A DNA stretch of 64,000 bases from a virus, in the IMG/VR virus record IMGVR_UViG_3300028374_000796. One strand, 5' to 3'. Shown here in pieces: positions 19,581 to 30,013 of this stretch. The first letter of the stretch is position 1. Every line of letters begins with the position of its first letter. The notes under the pieces are model-generated. The model was not told where the DNA came from and did not search any database. It saw nothing but the letters and a program-made list of their open reading frames with translations. A program made the translations under genes and the position numbers.

Positions 19581-20392
19581 TTAGCTTCTATAGTATTTAC
19601 TGTATTTTTGGTAATGGAAAAAGAGTTTCACTCTCTCTTTATATTCTATATTACTATCATATATATTAGATATAATATTAGATAAGTATATAGAAGAAGG
19701 AAGAAGGTTACTATTATTAGAATAGAATCCTTCTCTGATAAAGATACTAGGATCAATCCTCTTAGTTGTGTTTGTATATGTTGTCATATTACACTCTGTT
19801 AGAAATTGACCTGAATTACTTAACCCTTAGAAATTTCTTCTTAGCAGTCTACTCAGTCCTTACTGAGTTCCATGTCCTAAAAAGTTTTAACAAGTCATGA
19901 AAACTATTTTTCAATGCCGGTCTTCTTCTTACGAAGATCCATGCGGCCTAATTCTTCTTGTCTGATCTTTTCCTTATTACGAGAAAAGGATAAACGAAAA
20001 GAAGATGAGACTTGAAATCTCTTTGGGAGTCACTGAGAGGATAATTCTTAGTAAGAAGACTCTCAGTCTCTCTCATCGGTTTTTTTCTGAATTAGGGAAA
20101 TCGGTAAACCCTTTAACTCTGATTCTTCTTACTAGGGATTGATCAGAGCTGCTTCTATGATCTTAGAACAAAATGAAAGGGAATAAACATTCCCACTAAA
20201 TTCCAAACTACTTACTAGAACCTTCTGACAGGCTTCTGAAGCTATTCTTAGTAGAAGGACGATATAGGAGCCCCGTTTTCTATAGAAAAGCGTTAGAAGG
20301 GACGTGAGAGTAGTTATTCTTTTTATATCTAATCACTTCTAGTAGTGACGGGAACCCCTTTTTCTAAATTTCATCTATCTAGAGTTTTCTGA

Positions 20393-21337
20393 ATGTCAAA
20401 CCTAAAAGAACAACTTATTCGACTTGGATCTAAAAATCCTGAACTAAGGGATCACCTTCGTTCTGTCTTATCTGCACTTCCTTATGATTTTGAGGATTAT
20501 GATGGTACTATCGAAAAGTTCGAGGATAGTGTCCATGCCCTTAATGCTCTGGTAACTTATATGAGAGGACAGGAATGGCGTCGAGCTATGAAATGGTATG
20601 AACGTCTTCCACGATCTACTCAAGAAAAAGTTCCTTCTAAAGTCCTCAATCGTATTCGTGACGGAATTGAACAAACCGAAATGTCTTTGGATCAACCACG
20701 AGCTTCTTTGAAACAGTCGGTGAGTTTGGTAGGAATGAAAACTCCCTGGGGTCCTGCACAAAACGTTAATGAGATCGACGGCACCAAACTTTTCTTTGTA
20801 GATACCCTAGGACACGGGGGAATGGCTGTAGGAGGTTCTTATTTGAAAGGACTAAGTTCTCAGGCGAAGACAGAAGGAATCCTTCAGGGAGGTTTCTACT
20901 GGTTTGAGGAAGATATTGCCTGGATGCTTCCAGTTTATGAAAGCGATGAAATCCTAAGAGCATGGCACCAGAAGTTTGGGTCTACCCTTACTAGGGATAA
21001 ACTAGAAGAACAAATCGCACGGTGGTTTCCCAAGTACCTTGAAAACCATAGAAAAGCTTCTAGGAGAAGAGTAGCCATGAAGATTCCGAAGTTCGGAGAT
21101 AGATATCTCGATACGTTCTTTCGTGAAAAGGATCTTAGAGAGCGTAGATATGAAGTAGAAGCCCCAGACGGAACTCCACACTCCATTCCCACTGGCGTTG
21201 TACTAGAGTATATTGCACAGACTCATGGGCGTGAAAGAGAACAGATCAAAGATATTGTTAGAAATCTGGATCTAAGAAACGGCGATTTTTACCATTTCTT
21301 TGAGCACCTAGCAAAAGCAATTGCTGCCAACTACTAA
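20393..21337 (+). CDS. Multi-module protein with the shared N-terminal leader
   Basis: MSNLKEQLIRLGSKNPELRDHLRSVL; internal TPWGPAQ...GHGG...WFEEDIAW module (resembles DUF7007-type proteins from memory, unverified). Confidence 0.85.
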   Translation: MSNLKEQLIRLGSKNPELRDHLRSVLSALPYDFEDYDGTIEKFEDSVHALNALVTYMRGQEWRRAMKWYERLPRSTQEKVPSKVLNRIRDGIEQTEMSLDQPRASLKQSVSLVGMKTPWGPAQNVNEIDGTKLFFVDTLGHGGMAVGGSYLKGLSSQAKTEGILQGGFYWFEEDIAWMLPVYESDEILRAWHQKFGSTLTRDKLEEQIARWFPKYLENHRKASRRRVAMKIPKFGDRYLDTFFREKDLRERRYEVEAPDGTPHSIPTGVVLEYIAQTHGREREQIKDIVRNLDLRNGDFYHFFEHLAKAIAANY

Positions 21338-21356
21338 ACTCTATAGCGGTCTAAAA

Positions 21357-21398
21357 TAAAAAACCCCGATCCTTTGAAATGAGGATCGGGGTTTTTAT
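21357..21398. terminator. Bidirectional intrinsic terminator between convergent genes
   Basis: AAAAAACCCCGATCCT ttgaaatg AGGATCGGGGTTTTT. Confidence 0.85.
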
Positions 21399-21419
21399 TT
21401 GTGAGATTCCTAGTCTAAC

Positions 21420-21923
21420 TTAGACGTTCGGAAACCTAACTGAGGGGGCCGGAGAGACGACCGAGATGACATCCTCTACTCGTTCCCGCTGCAAAGGTGT
21501 GAGGGCACTGAGCGCCTTCTCATAATCTTCCTCGACCTTAAATGAAGTTACCTCCCGGAAGATGGCATTGAACTCGGTTTCGGACAGTACATCATTGTCC
21601 CGAATTTCCAGAACCGTTTCCGTATCATTCGACCTCACCATAATACGATCGGAGGTAAAGACCACCTGGACATTGCCGTCCGGAGTTTCGATCTCTACCG
21701 TTTCACGGGCTTCGCCTGCGATCATACTGGCATAGGACCGAAGTTCTTCTTTGGCTTCGTCCAACTCTTTTTTGAGCTTCTTGATCTTCGAGTTGACTCG
21801 AATGCCTTCCTGAGCAACCGAAATAATATCGGCACTCTCGTTTCCTTCTACTTCGTTTCTGTTCATTTCGTTTTCGTTCAGTTCTGACATGTGCTTCTCC
21901 TTTTGATGTGTTAACAATATCAA
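21420..21923 (-). CDS. Hypothetical coiled-coil protein (probable start ATG 21890)
   Basis: AAGGAG RBS before MSELNEN; TTGACT-N16-TATTCT promoter-like sequence upstream. Confidence 0.75.
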   Translation of the reverse strand: MILLTHQKEKHMSELNENEMNRNEVEGNESADIISVAQEGIRVNSKIKKLKKELDEAKEELRSYASMIAGEARETVEIETPDGNVQVVFTSDRIMVRSNDTETVLEIRDNDVLSETEFNAIFREVTSFKVEEDYEKALSALTPLQRERVEDVISVVSPAPSVRFPNV

Positions 21924-21987
21924 GGGGGAACATCCCCCACGACGTATTGTAAGAATACAGACATTTTTTAGAAAGTCAAGCCTTTTA

Positions 21988-22707
21988 TTATTTGACCCAT
22001 TCTTCTAGATCGGTGCCCATCACATTATCTCGCATTTTCTTAACATTTTTCATTTTACTTTCCATGTCATTAAATTTGAGAGCTTTGGCATCTTTCTTCT
22101 CTTCTTGCTCTGCCAATCGGGTCAGGATTTTATTACGAGCTTCTGCACAGGCAGAAGAAAGTCTACAGTGTTTCGTACATTCCTCATCTGTCTCATCGAA
22201 ATATCCCCAACACTGGTCTTCTACATATTCCTGTTGACGATGAAATTCCGATTCAGTAATATCTAGGTCGGGATCTCGGGCCACAATAGTAGCTACGCCT
22301 TCCCGAACGTTGATCACATCCACGCCCACCACTGGGATTCCATCTCCATCCTCAGAAGACGAAGGCGATTGTCCAGTTACAATCCGAAGTACCTGATCAT
22401 ATTGACTAGTAGATACCAGAGGTTTGATGTCCGAAAGAATTGGCTCATCCCCTTGCATCAGATCCCGATCTTCAAAAATTGAAGAAGGCCTGAAACCCGA
22501 GTCAAGCCTGACCAAGAATTTGACGATATCAGGAAGGGAATAACCACTTTTTCTTCCATCATCAGGATCCTTCACCTTCCCCATAAGGTTGGGATAGTCG
22601 TGAGAGAATCGGCTCACTTGACTATAATTAATACCCAAGAGTTGTGAAACTTCATCAGGTCGTACAAAGTTAACGCCATTTTTTTCAAAAATCGTGCTCA
22701 TTTTCAA
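21988..22707 (-). CDS. Putative HTH DNA-binding protein with a C-terminal Cys4 cluster
   Basis: RPDEVSQLLGINYSQVSRF (HTH-like); CWG...ECTKHCRLSSAC. Confidence 0.6.
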   Translation of the reverse strand: MKMSTIFEKNGVNFVRPDEVSQLLGINYSQVSRFSHDYPNLMGKVKDPDDGRKSGYSLPDIVKFLVRLDSGFRPSSIFEDRDLMQGDEPILSDIKPLVSTSQYDQVLRIVTGQSPSSSEDGDGIPVVGVDVINVREGVATIVARDPDLDITESEFHRQQEYVEDQCWGYFDETDEECTKHCRLSSACAEARNKILTRLAEQEEKKDAKALKFNDMESKMKNVKKMRDNVMGTDLEEWVK

Positions 22708-22781
22708 TACCTCTATTATGCTTTCGTTGAATTACCTCTGCCAATATCTTACAGGAACTCGACGGTTACTGCAAGGTGATT

Positions 22782-25154
22782 TTATCCCTCAGAAAGAAGC
22801 CGTCTCATCTGGTCAAAGATGAATTGTGTCATAAGGGCGGGAAAACTATCCATATCAGACACATACAAAGAGTTAGGATATTTTTCAACATACCTAGCTT
22901 CATATCCAACCCCAATAAACATGACTTCTACGTCTTGTGTTTGTAGGGTTTCAATCTGACGCTCCATAATGTGGAAATAGTCTTCGTGGGTCCAGGAGGT
23001 ATCGGTATAGCAGGGATACCCGTCTGTAACTACAAACATGATCTTCTGGTCTTCCAACCTCTGCATCAATCTATTTCCGCAGAACTCGATAGCATCGGGA
23101 AGCGGAGTCAAACCGTAAGCTTCCGTTTGCGTCAGTTTACGGTAAGAGTTGATATTGAAAGGTTCATCAAAGGATCGAAAGACACGATATCGACAACCAT
23201 TGGTTCTCGAAAACTTTTTATTAACGTTTCTCCTAAATTCGCGAGTATCTTTCGACGGATTCTGTTTGAGATAGTCCCTGAGAGCATTATTTTCGTTCGT
23301 GGTGAATCCAATAATCTCAAGGGGAACTCTCAGTTCTCCGATGGTCAGAGCCAGAGTAGCTAGAATCTGTCTTGCAGTTCCCAGGTATGAACACATGCTT
23401 TGACTTTCATCCAACACTAGAGATACCGCAGAATTTCGACGATTTGATTTGACTTTTTTCATAAAAGGTCGTGGTCGTTTTTTATACACCACCTCAGAGA
23501 TAGATCTTGACGAGAGCCGCCGACCTTTTTCCTGACGATGTTTCATTCTACTTTTTTTCTGTCCCCGGAAGAAACTCACCATTCGTGGACGAATATAGAG
23601 GGTATCCCTTTTCGTTTTATCTGCAATTTTATTGTAGATATCGATCTCTCTCTGGGTTCCTTTAGGCTCCAGATGAATAATGGTATCTACATCTCTGGAA
23701 AACGGCAGAACCGATGGAGGCGCGTCTGGCGTAGACTGGTCATCCCACTCTTGCTTAAGGGCAGAATTGGTGTCCTTCATCCCATTGAATTGAGCGTCGT
23801 TATCGCTGAGATCGTCCAAAATATTTTGGTCAATATCCTCTAGATCGTCCTCATCCTGATCTTCTGCTTCTTCAGGGTCCCCAGATTCAATGGAGTTTTG
23901 CTCATCTCCATCTCCCCCTTTCGGAGCTTCATTATTTGCGTCGGGATCCTCTTCTGCTTCTGAATCCCCGTCGCCAGTGTCGTCTCCATCGTCATCTCCA
24001 TCAGAATCTTCTTCTTCCTCATCATCGCCAGATCCACCGGATCCTTCTTCTTCCTCATCACTTTCCTCATCATCGCCAGACCCGGTATCTTGCTCGTCCC
24101 CCTCTTCATCACCCTCACCATCCTCAGGATCCCCAGGGTCCGGAGAATTGCCCCCACCAGAGCCGGGCATAGGTTGCCCTTGCCCATTTCCACTGGGCCC
24201 TTGCCCCGGCTGAGTAGGACCTTGCTGATTTTGCTGTTGCTGTTGAGCCTCGACAAGCTCAAAAAGATCTGCAATAATCGCAACGGACCTTAGAGCCAAC
24301 TCAAAAACATCGTAAGAAGACGTAGTTTTATCCGAATCCTTGATGATATCTTTGAATAGAGTGTCTACAATACGAACTACATCTTCATTATAATCATCAA
24401 AAGGAGCATTAAAGAGATGATGCTCGATTTTGTCCCGTAAGTAACATGTCAGGTGATCCATGGCACTAAAAGACTTTAAGGGCTCCCCTGTATAGGGATT
24501 AATCAAGGGTTCCCCATCATCATCCTTGATAGGATGACCATTATCGTCAACCATAGGACTGTTTAGAGGACGATATCGACGGGCATATTTCTCCCGTTCC
24601 CAGACCAATTCATGAACCGCCTGAATTCGATCTTGCGCACCTCTAAATTCTTTGATACCCAAACGCTCGATATAGGCATCCTCAAAAATATTATTCAGCT
24701 TTTTGAGGGTATTATGTCTGGCACCATAATTGACCTCTGGATCAAAATACTTATCCATGATCTGGGCCATTTTTCGCGTATTAAGCTTCGTCCCTCGTTC
24801 TGTGTAGAGAGAGTGAAAAGCTTCATGAAGAATGCCGCCGTCCAATTGATTAATATACCGCTGAGTGACCCAGGTAGGGGTCTCAGCAATTACAATTTTG
24901 TTAACTCTTTGAATTTTCCCCTTAGCATTTCTCCAGACTTTTTCGACTTCCTTAATTCCAAAAGTTTGCGGATTTTCTTTCTTACAAAATTTGGTAAATT
25001 CAACCATCCAATAGATGGTTGGAAAATCATTGGCATTGTAGAAATCCGATCCGACACTTTGAACCGTGACATCGCTATCTTTCAAGATTCCCCGAGTCAA
25101 AGCCTGGTGGCCCGACTTGAAGATCGATCCCCGCATTTTCTTTTGTTTTGGCAT
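22782..25154 (-). CDS. CobT-like vWA protein with N-terminal HEXXH domain and acidic linker
   Basis: ILHEAFH; long D/E/G/Q-rich linker; MIDAS DESQS...TPL...VTDG. Confidence 0.88.
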   Translation of the reverse strand: MPKQKKMRGSIFKSGHQALTRGILKDSDVTVQSVGSDFYNANDFPTIYWMVEFTKFCKKENPQTFGIKEVEKVWRNAKGKIQRVNKIVIAETPTWVTQRYINQLDGGILHEAFHSLYTERGTKLNTRKMAQIMDKYFDPEVNYGARHNTLKKLNNIFEDAYIERLGIKEFRGAQDRIQAVHELVWEREKYARRYRPLNSPMVDDNGHPIKDDDGEPLINPYTGEPLKSFSAMDHLTCYLRDKIEHHLFNAPFDDYNEDVVRIVDTLFKDIIKDSDKTTSSYDVFELALRSVAIIADLFELVEAQQQQQNQQGPTQPGQGPSGNGQGQPMPGSGGGNSPDPGDPEDGEGDEEGDEQDTGSGDDEESDEEEEGSGGSGDDEEEEDSDGDDDGDDTGDGDSEAEEDPDANNEAPKGGDGDEQNSIESGDPEEAEDQDEDDLEDIDQNILDDLSDNDAQFNGMKDTNSALKQEWDDQSTPDAPPSVLPFSRDVDTIIHLEPKGTQREIDIYNKIADKTKRDTLYIRPRMVSFFRGQKKSRMKHRQEKGRRLSSRSISEVVYKKRPRPFMKKVKSNRRNSAVSLVLDESQSMCSYLGTARQILATLALTIGELRVPLEIIGFTTNENNALRDYLKQNPSKDTREFRRNVNKKFSRTNGCRYRVFRSFDEPFNINSYRKLTQTEAYGLTPLPDAIEFCGNRLMQRLEDQKIMFVVTDGYPCYTDTSWTHEDYFHIMERQIETLQTQDVEVMFIGVGYEARYVEKYPNSLYVSDMDSFPALMTQFIFDQMRRLLSEG

Positions 25155-25285
25155 TATTACTCCACTTCACTACACAAAATTACAACTGTCTAGCGCCATA
25201 TTTGCATAAGACGGTCTGACTGTCAAGGTAAGATGGTGAAAAGTGAGATGATGAGAAAATACTTTTCACCATCTCACTTTTCGTT

Positions 25286-26491
25286 TTACATCATGATATC
25301 CATGGCACGCTTAATCACCGCTTGTCGTGTGGTAAGATCATACCATTCTAGCCAATCCTTCGCAGCATCTTTCATCATATCGTCATAAGGCTTATTGTCA
25401 TTTTCGGCGTAAAGCTCTTCTGCGCTCTGCATCCATTGCACAAGACGACGGTGAGAGAACGATGCGAAAATATCATTGTTTTTGATCATTTCCCGAATGG
25501 AAGCGGTTACTTGCATGACACGCCCAAATTCCTTAGGAATGGTATCTGCCAACACCGGGAATTTCTTTTTGAGAATTGCTTCCTCTTCTTCCGGCTCCAG
25601 AAAATGAAACTGGATAACCCGTTGGAAACGATCCAAAATCGACTCGTCCATTTCCTGTACAGAAGAGTAATATCCCGTCATATCACCACGACCCGCAGAG
25701 TTGGCGGTTGCGACAATTCGAGTGTCAGGGTGAACCTGTACGTTGATTCCCAGTTCTGGAATGAACACGTTCTGCGAATTATCTTCTAGAACGTGTCTCA
25801 AAACCTCGTGATATTCCGCAGGAGCGCGATCAATATCATCAATCAAGCAAACAACCCCTCGGCGTTCGCCATCAGGACCAACCCGACCCTCAAGGTCTTT
25901 AAGCAGTTTGCCTTTGATAAACTTGGTAACGTTGTTTCCAGTAGCTTTATCAATGACAACGGCCTCTTTCCCCAGATAAAGTTCGGGGTCCAAACCTTCC
26001 CGCATAGGATAGTGGGAAGCTTCCATGTTCAGGTCATGGGTCAGAGCACGCACAACTGCGGACTTACCAGATCCTGCGGGACCATAGATGAAAATAGACT
26101 TTCGATTGTATTTGAGAGCGCGTGCAAAACGCTCAGTAGACGCGGATGCGTCTCCCTTTCGGGGATAGGAATATTGAAAAGGTCGATTGAATTTGTCTAG
26201 AACTTCACCTTCGTTCCGTTCCAGTTGAATTCCTCCCACTTTAATGATATCATCAAAGCGTTTCGTACCTTTTCTTTCAGGTGCATTATTATTGAAAGCT
26301 TCCCATACGGAATTGGAAGCGATAGGACTATCACTTCCAAATTCCTCCAAATAATCTCCTAAAACCATCGAATGTGCATCATTCAGGTGGTCTTTCAGGA
26401 AATGGTATTTTGTGAGGGGAAGACCTTTCTTCGCACAAACAAGACATTTAACTTTAGGACTAAGGGCGCTTAAACTCATTACAAACTCCAC
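25286..26491 (-). CDS. MoxR-class (CobS/CbbQ/NorQ-like) AAA+ ATPase with N-terminal Ros/MucR-like zinc finger
   Basis: GPAGSGKS, LIDDIDR, VATANSAGRGD, DESILDRF; N-terminal CLVC...LKDHLNDAHSM...YLEEFG. Confidence 0.9.
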   Translation of the reverse strand: MEFVMSLSALSPKVKCLVCAKKGLPLTKYHFLKDHLNDAHSMVLGDYLEEFGSDSPIASNSVWEAFNNNAPERKGTKRFDDIIKVGGIQLERNEGEVLDKFNRPFQYSYPRKGDASASTERFARALKYNRKSIFIYGPAGSGKSAVVRALTHDLNMEASHYPMREGLDPELYLGKEAVVIDKATGNNVTKFIKGKLLKDLEGRVGPDGERRGVVCLIDDIDRAPAEYHEVLRHVLEDNSQNVFIPELGINVQVHPDTRIVATANSAGRGDMTGYYSSVQEMDESILDRFQRVIQFHFLEPEEEEAILKKKFPVLADTIPKEFGRVMQVTASIREMIKNNDIFASFSHRRLVQWMQSAEELYAENDNKPYDDMMKDAAKDWLEWYDLTTRQAVIKRAMDIMM

Positions 26492-26550
26492 AGCTTTGAT
26501 TTCTGAGGCAACTTATTACCTCAAGTAGTACCAATAAATACGGACCACTA

Positions 26551-26579
26551 TCTATACCCTGGAGTTTGCAATATTTCAA
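26551..26579 (-). promoter_or_regulatory. Promoter, CCAGGG family (TTGAAA-N17-TATAGA), upstream of the AAA/vWA pair
   Basis: Same geometry as the other six copies. Confidence 0.65.
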
Positions 26580-26625
26580 GTCCTTTTTACAAAAAAGACC
26601 AAAAAAGTTTAATTAGTCCTAAAAT

Positions 26626-27603
26626 TCACCCGGCCATCAGTTCCATAGCATGAGGTTTCAGGTCTTTTAGAAGGTCCTGCAATTTGTCTATATAGTAATA
26701 GACTTTTCGGGGGGAATCCACACCAATGGCTTCATAAAGAGGTAGGGTCTGGACTCGTCCCTTGTCTCTATTGAAAAACGTGATTTCTCTTCTCGCGAGA
26801 TCTGTTCTACTTTTAAAATCTGGCTCTTCCTTGATCGCTTTCCAGATTCGTAGGATTTTTTCATCGCCGCGACTTTGAATATATTTATCGATTTTTCTCA
26901 GAAAATCTCTAATTTCCGCACTTCCTTCCGACAGACTCATCCAAGAAGACGCTTCGGATCTGGTCATTGGGTTCATTTCTAAAAGGTTTAGAACAATATT
27001 AGAATCTCCTCCTTCAGGATTTGAATCGAAATTATCGGAAGTATCAAAAGGAACCTGGTGATAACCTCCATCTCCCATAGGTCCTCGCTGCCTTTGCTGA
27101 AATTTACGATCTTTATTATGTGCTTTATCGTTTACTTGCTTTCTCAAAAGCTTTTCCATATCAAGTGCATCTTTCCCTTCTTCTCTCCAGTCTTTAATCT
27201 GTTGCGCTAAATTTCCCTGAGACCATTGTCCTTTACTAAAGTCAAGATTCCCCGTATCCTGGTCTACGTCAAAGGAATCCAGATTTTGACCTAACAGAAT
27301 ATCCTGAAAAACTGCGGACATTACTTGCTCTTCATATTTGGTGTCCCATTTCATTTCAATGGCGATCCTTTTTACGGTATTAATAAAGATGGATCCCCAA
27401 GGAAGGTCCGGAGGATTCTCCAGTCCTGCACTTCTAAAATGTTGCGCCACCGCTATATTAATGGTGTTTTTATCATAGTCCGCAGTTTTCATGCGACCTA
27501 AGTGAGCGATCCTCATAAGAGCATAAGCCACTTTCACAGGCTCGTCGATAGTCTGTGAAACTTGAGAAGTAGCTTGTCGAAGCATCTGTTTAATTTTTAG
27601 CAT
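26626..27603 (-). CDS. Hypothetical protein, possibly a very divergent sigma-like factor with an N-terminal leader
   Basis: 325-aa ORF; leader ends RIAHLGRMKTA; C-terminal HTH-like SRTDLARRE...IGVDSPRKVYYYIDKL. Confidence 0.7.
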   Translation of the reverse strand: MLKIKQMLRQATSQVSQTIDEPVKVAYALMRIAHLGRMKTADYDKNTINIAVAQHFRSAGLENPPDLPWGSIFINTVKRIAIEMKWDTKYEEQVMSAVFQDILLGQNLDSFDVDQDTGNLDFSKGQWSQGNLAQQIKDWREEGKDALDMEKLLRKQVNDKAHNKDRKFQQRQRGPMGDGGYHQVPFDTSDNFDSNPEGGDSNIVLNLLEMNPMTRSEASSWMSLSEGSAEIRDFLRKIDKYIQSRGDEKILRIWKAIKEEPDFKSRTDLARREITFFNRDKGRVQTLPLYEAIGVDSPRKVYYYIDKLQDLLKDLKPHAMELMAG

Positions 27604-27710
27604 TATCTATTCCTATTGAGAGCGTAAAGCGATTGACAGGCAACCCTCTATCTGTTAGTAAAGGATGACGAAGTGTTTTCATACCTACCCTAATAGAAAA
27701 GGATTACCAA

Positions 27711-28244
27711 ATGTCAGATGTTCAACCGTTAGCGCCTTATATCAAATTAGAGGATGGATTAGAGGAAATGAAAGGACATAAGACCTCAAAATCCTATATT
27801 ACTGCTCTAATGAATATTTATGTTAGAGATACTCCCTTTCAACAATTGCAGATCGTAGATTTGCATCAAAAGGTTCAGAGTCTTGTCCCAGGGGAGATTA
27901 CTTATTCTTCAAATACCATTAGTCGGCAACTTCGACGATTCCGAAAGGAAGACTTGGTAGTTATTTTCGATGATCATGAAGATGATTTGCCTCAGGAAAG
28001 GCTGTTTGTCTGGGCACAGGCTGTGCCAGATTTTGCAAAGGAAGTACAGGAAAAAGAAAACGAGCAAGAAGCAATTGATAATGAAGAATTGGATCGACTT
28101 TTGGAACAAGCAGAGCAACAAACCAAAAAATTGGTGCTTTCAGATGATGACTCTTCTGAAAGCAAAAAATATTCTGCTAGAAAGAGAAATCCGGCCACAC
28201 CTTTTTTCAAAGCTCTTTTCCGTAAGCTACTGGGCACTCCTTAA
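27711..28244 (+). CDS. Hypothetical protein, possibly winged helix
   Basis: 177 aa; IVDLHQKV...SNTISRQLRRFRKEDLV. Confidence 0.7.
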   Translation: MSDVQPLAPYIKLEDGLEEMKGHKTSKSYITALMNIYVRDTPFQQLQIVDLHQKVQSLVPGEITYSSNTISRQLRRFRKEDLVVIFDDHEDDLPQERLFVWAQAVPDFAKEVQEKENEQEAIDNEELDRLLEQAEQQTKKLVLSDDDSSESKKYSARKRNPATPFFKALFRKLLGTP

Positions 28245-28777
28245 TTATTATGTCCGGAAGCCCACAGAGACGCTGTATCTTTGAGTTTCTTTCGTTCCTT
28301 ATCCACTCGATAAAACGAAACATTCAGGATTTCAGCGATCTCTGTTTTTGTGTATCCCATAGAGGTTAGCATTAATAATCTCTTTGGGATCACATCCTCA
28401 TCATCGAGATTCCTCTCGACATAATCTACAAAATCTGAAACGTATCCGCCTTCCTCGTTTGGAGGGGAAACCCATTCTTTCGAGGAAGGAACTGCTATCT
28501 GATGTTCAAAAGATAAGGCATTTTTAAGGGGGGATCTTTTATCTTTTCGCAATCCAGAGCTAAATACTCCAGAAGCTACTAGATAGATATAATGGGAGAT
28601 TGAAGATTTTGAGGAATCGTAAGGCGCAGATGTATTTAGTTTGACGATCTTTTTGCAGACATCCTGTACCAGATCGTCTGCGTCGGACCCCCATACTGGA
28701 AATTTTGCTCTCACAATTCGGGAAACATCTTCGTAATGTTTGGTTAAATCTAGTCCTAATTTTATGGTCTTCATCAT
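28241..28777 (-). CDS. ECF-like sigma-70 family RNA polymerase sigma factor
   Basis: Region 2 ADDLVQDVC and YIYLVASGV; region 4 GYTKTEIAEILNVSFYRV. Confidence 0.8.
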   Translation of the reverse strand: MMKTIKLGLDLTKHYEDVSRIVRAKFPVWGSDADDLVQDVCKKIVKLNTSAPYDSSKSSISHYIYLVASGVFSSGLRKDKRSPLKNALSFEHQIAVPSSKEWVSPPNEEGGYVSDFVDYVERNLDDEDVIPKRLLMLTSMGYTKTEIAEILNVSFYRVDKERKKLKDTASLWASGHNN

Positions 28778-28858
28778 ATAGTTCTTGTTTTAGAATGTAG
28801 TTGTTGCTTTCACCTGAAATAACAACTGACTAACCAAACATAATTCAAGAGGACTAAA

Positions 28859-29461
28859 ATGAGTAAAGTATCCCAAGAAAAAGTTGATACCCTCCTTGCA
28901 GATATGAAGGAAAAGCTCCCCGACTATAAAATTATTTATAAAGATGAACCCTTACCAAAAGTATGGTACGTCCGATTTATAATGTTTATGGCATCTCTCT
29001 GGGGATTTTTCAATCGAGGTTTCCGAAAAGCCTGGAATACTAGAATTTCCAATGGGATTGGAGACTATATTATATTCCCTTCCCGAGAAACGCACGGCGA
29101 CTTGAGAGATTTTAAAACCTACATGATTCTCAGGCATGAATATGTTCACCTATTGGATTCTAAAAAATACGGTCTTTGGTTCCAACTGACTTATGGTTTA
29201 TTGCCTTTACCTATTTTATTGTCGGGCAGAGCACACTGGGAATTAAGGGGATACTCTCAAAACTTGATTGTTCTTCATGAGGAAGGTAGAACGATTTCTG
29301 ATAAATATCTAGATAGTGTTGCATCCCAATTCTGGAAACCTCTTTATTTCTGGATGTATCCCTTTCCAGGCTCCATTAAGAAAAAGCTCCGTAAAATACG
29401 AGACGGCATAGAAGCCGGGGAGATTAAAGGTTTCAATCCTGACATTAAACTCTGGGATTGA
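28859..29461 (+). CDS. Zincin-like protein
   Basis: ILRHEYVH followed by a downstream Glu (HWELRGY). Confidence 0.75.
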   Translation: MSKVSQEKVDTLLADMKEKLPDYKIIYKDEPLPKVWYVRFIMFMASLWGFFNRGFRKAWNTRISNGIGDYIIFPSRETHGDLRDFKTYMILRHEYVHLLDSKKYGLWFQLTYGLLPLPILLSGRAHWELRGYSQNLIVLHEEGRTISDKYLDSVASQFWKPLYFWMYPFPGSIKKKLRKIRDGIEAGEIKGFNPDIKLWD

Positions 29462-29511
29462 ACCCCTACATTCAACCCATTGGATCCGTGCCTCCAAGGC
29501 TATTACTTCTT

Positions 29512-29889
29512 TTAGAGGGCTTTTCTTTCCTCAGATTCTTTCATGGATTCTTGAATTGGAAGTCGCGATACTTTTTCGGCGGTAAGGTATTCGCTGGCTT
29601 CCTTTTGAGAAAGAATTACCAAACAAATAGGTTTAGGACGTACCCATTTTTCCCATTTATTGAGGATCGTTTTAAACAGTTCTTGTAATTCTTCCAGATT
29701 ATCGGAAGTTTCATAGAAATTATATTTGTAGGGAAACCAGGTAGGGAAATCCCCATTCCTTTTCTTAATCCTAGCCAGTGCATATTTCTTTCCCTTAAAG
29801 TCACTTTCTTTGACCTCCATATAAAGGGATTCTTTTTGCTGATCCTCGGTAGTTATGTCAACCTTAAGTGTTTTGATTAAATCAAACAT
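29512..29889 (-). CDS. Hypothetical protein
   Basis: 125-aa ORF. Confidence 0.65.
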   Translation of the reverse strand: MFDLIKTLKVDITTEDQQKESLYMEVKESDFKGKKYALARIKKRNGDFPTWFPYKYNFYETSDNLEELQELFKTILNKWEKWVRPKPICLVILSQKEASEYLTAEKVSRLPIQESMKESEERKAL

Positions 29890-30013
29890 GGTGGTCGCCT
29901 TCTCTCAATGGTCAAAATTCAAAAGGAACTCTATAGGAATCTAGAGTTAAGGTCAAGCTTGCTTCTCACTCTAGAACCTGATACATTATGAAAAGGCATG
30001 TAACTTTCTATAA

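Noticed and set aside
19284-19787. Track ORFs 19284-19685 (+) and 19581-19787 (-)
   Set aside because: Low-complexity products that arise from the repetitive, strand-biased tract; no RBS or protein-like features.
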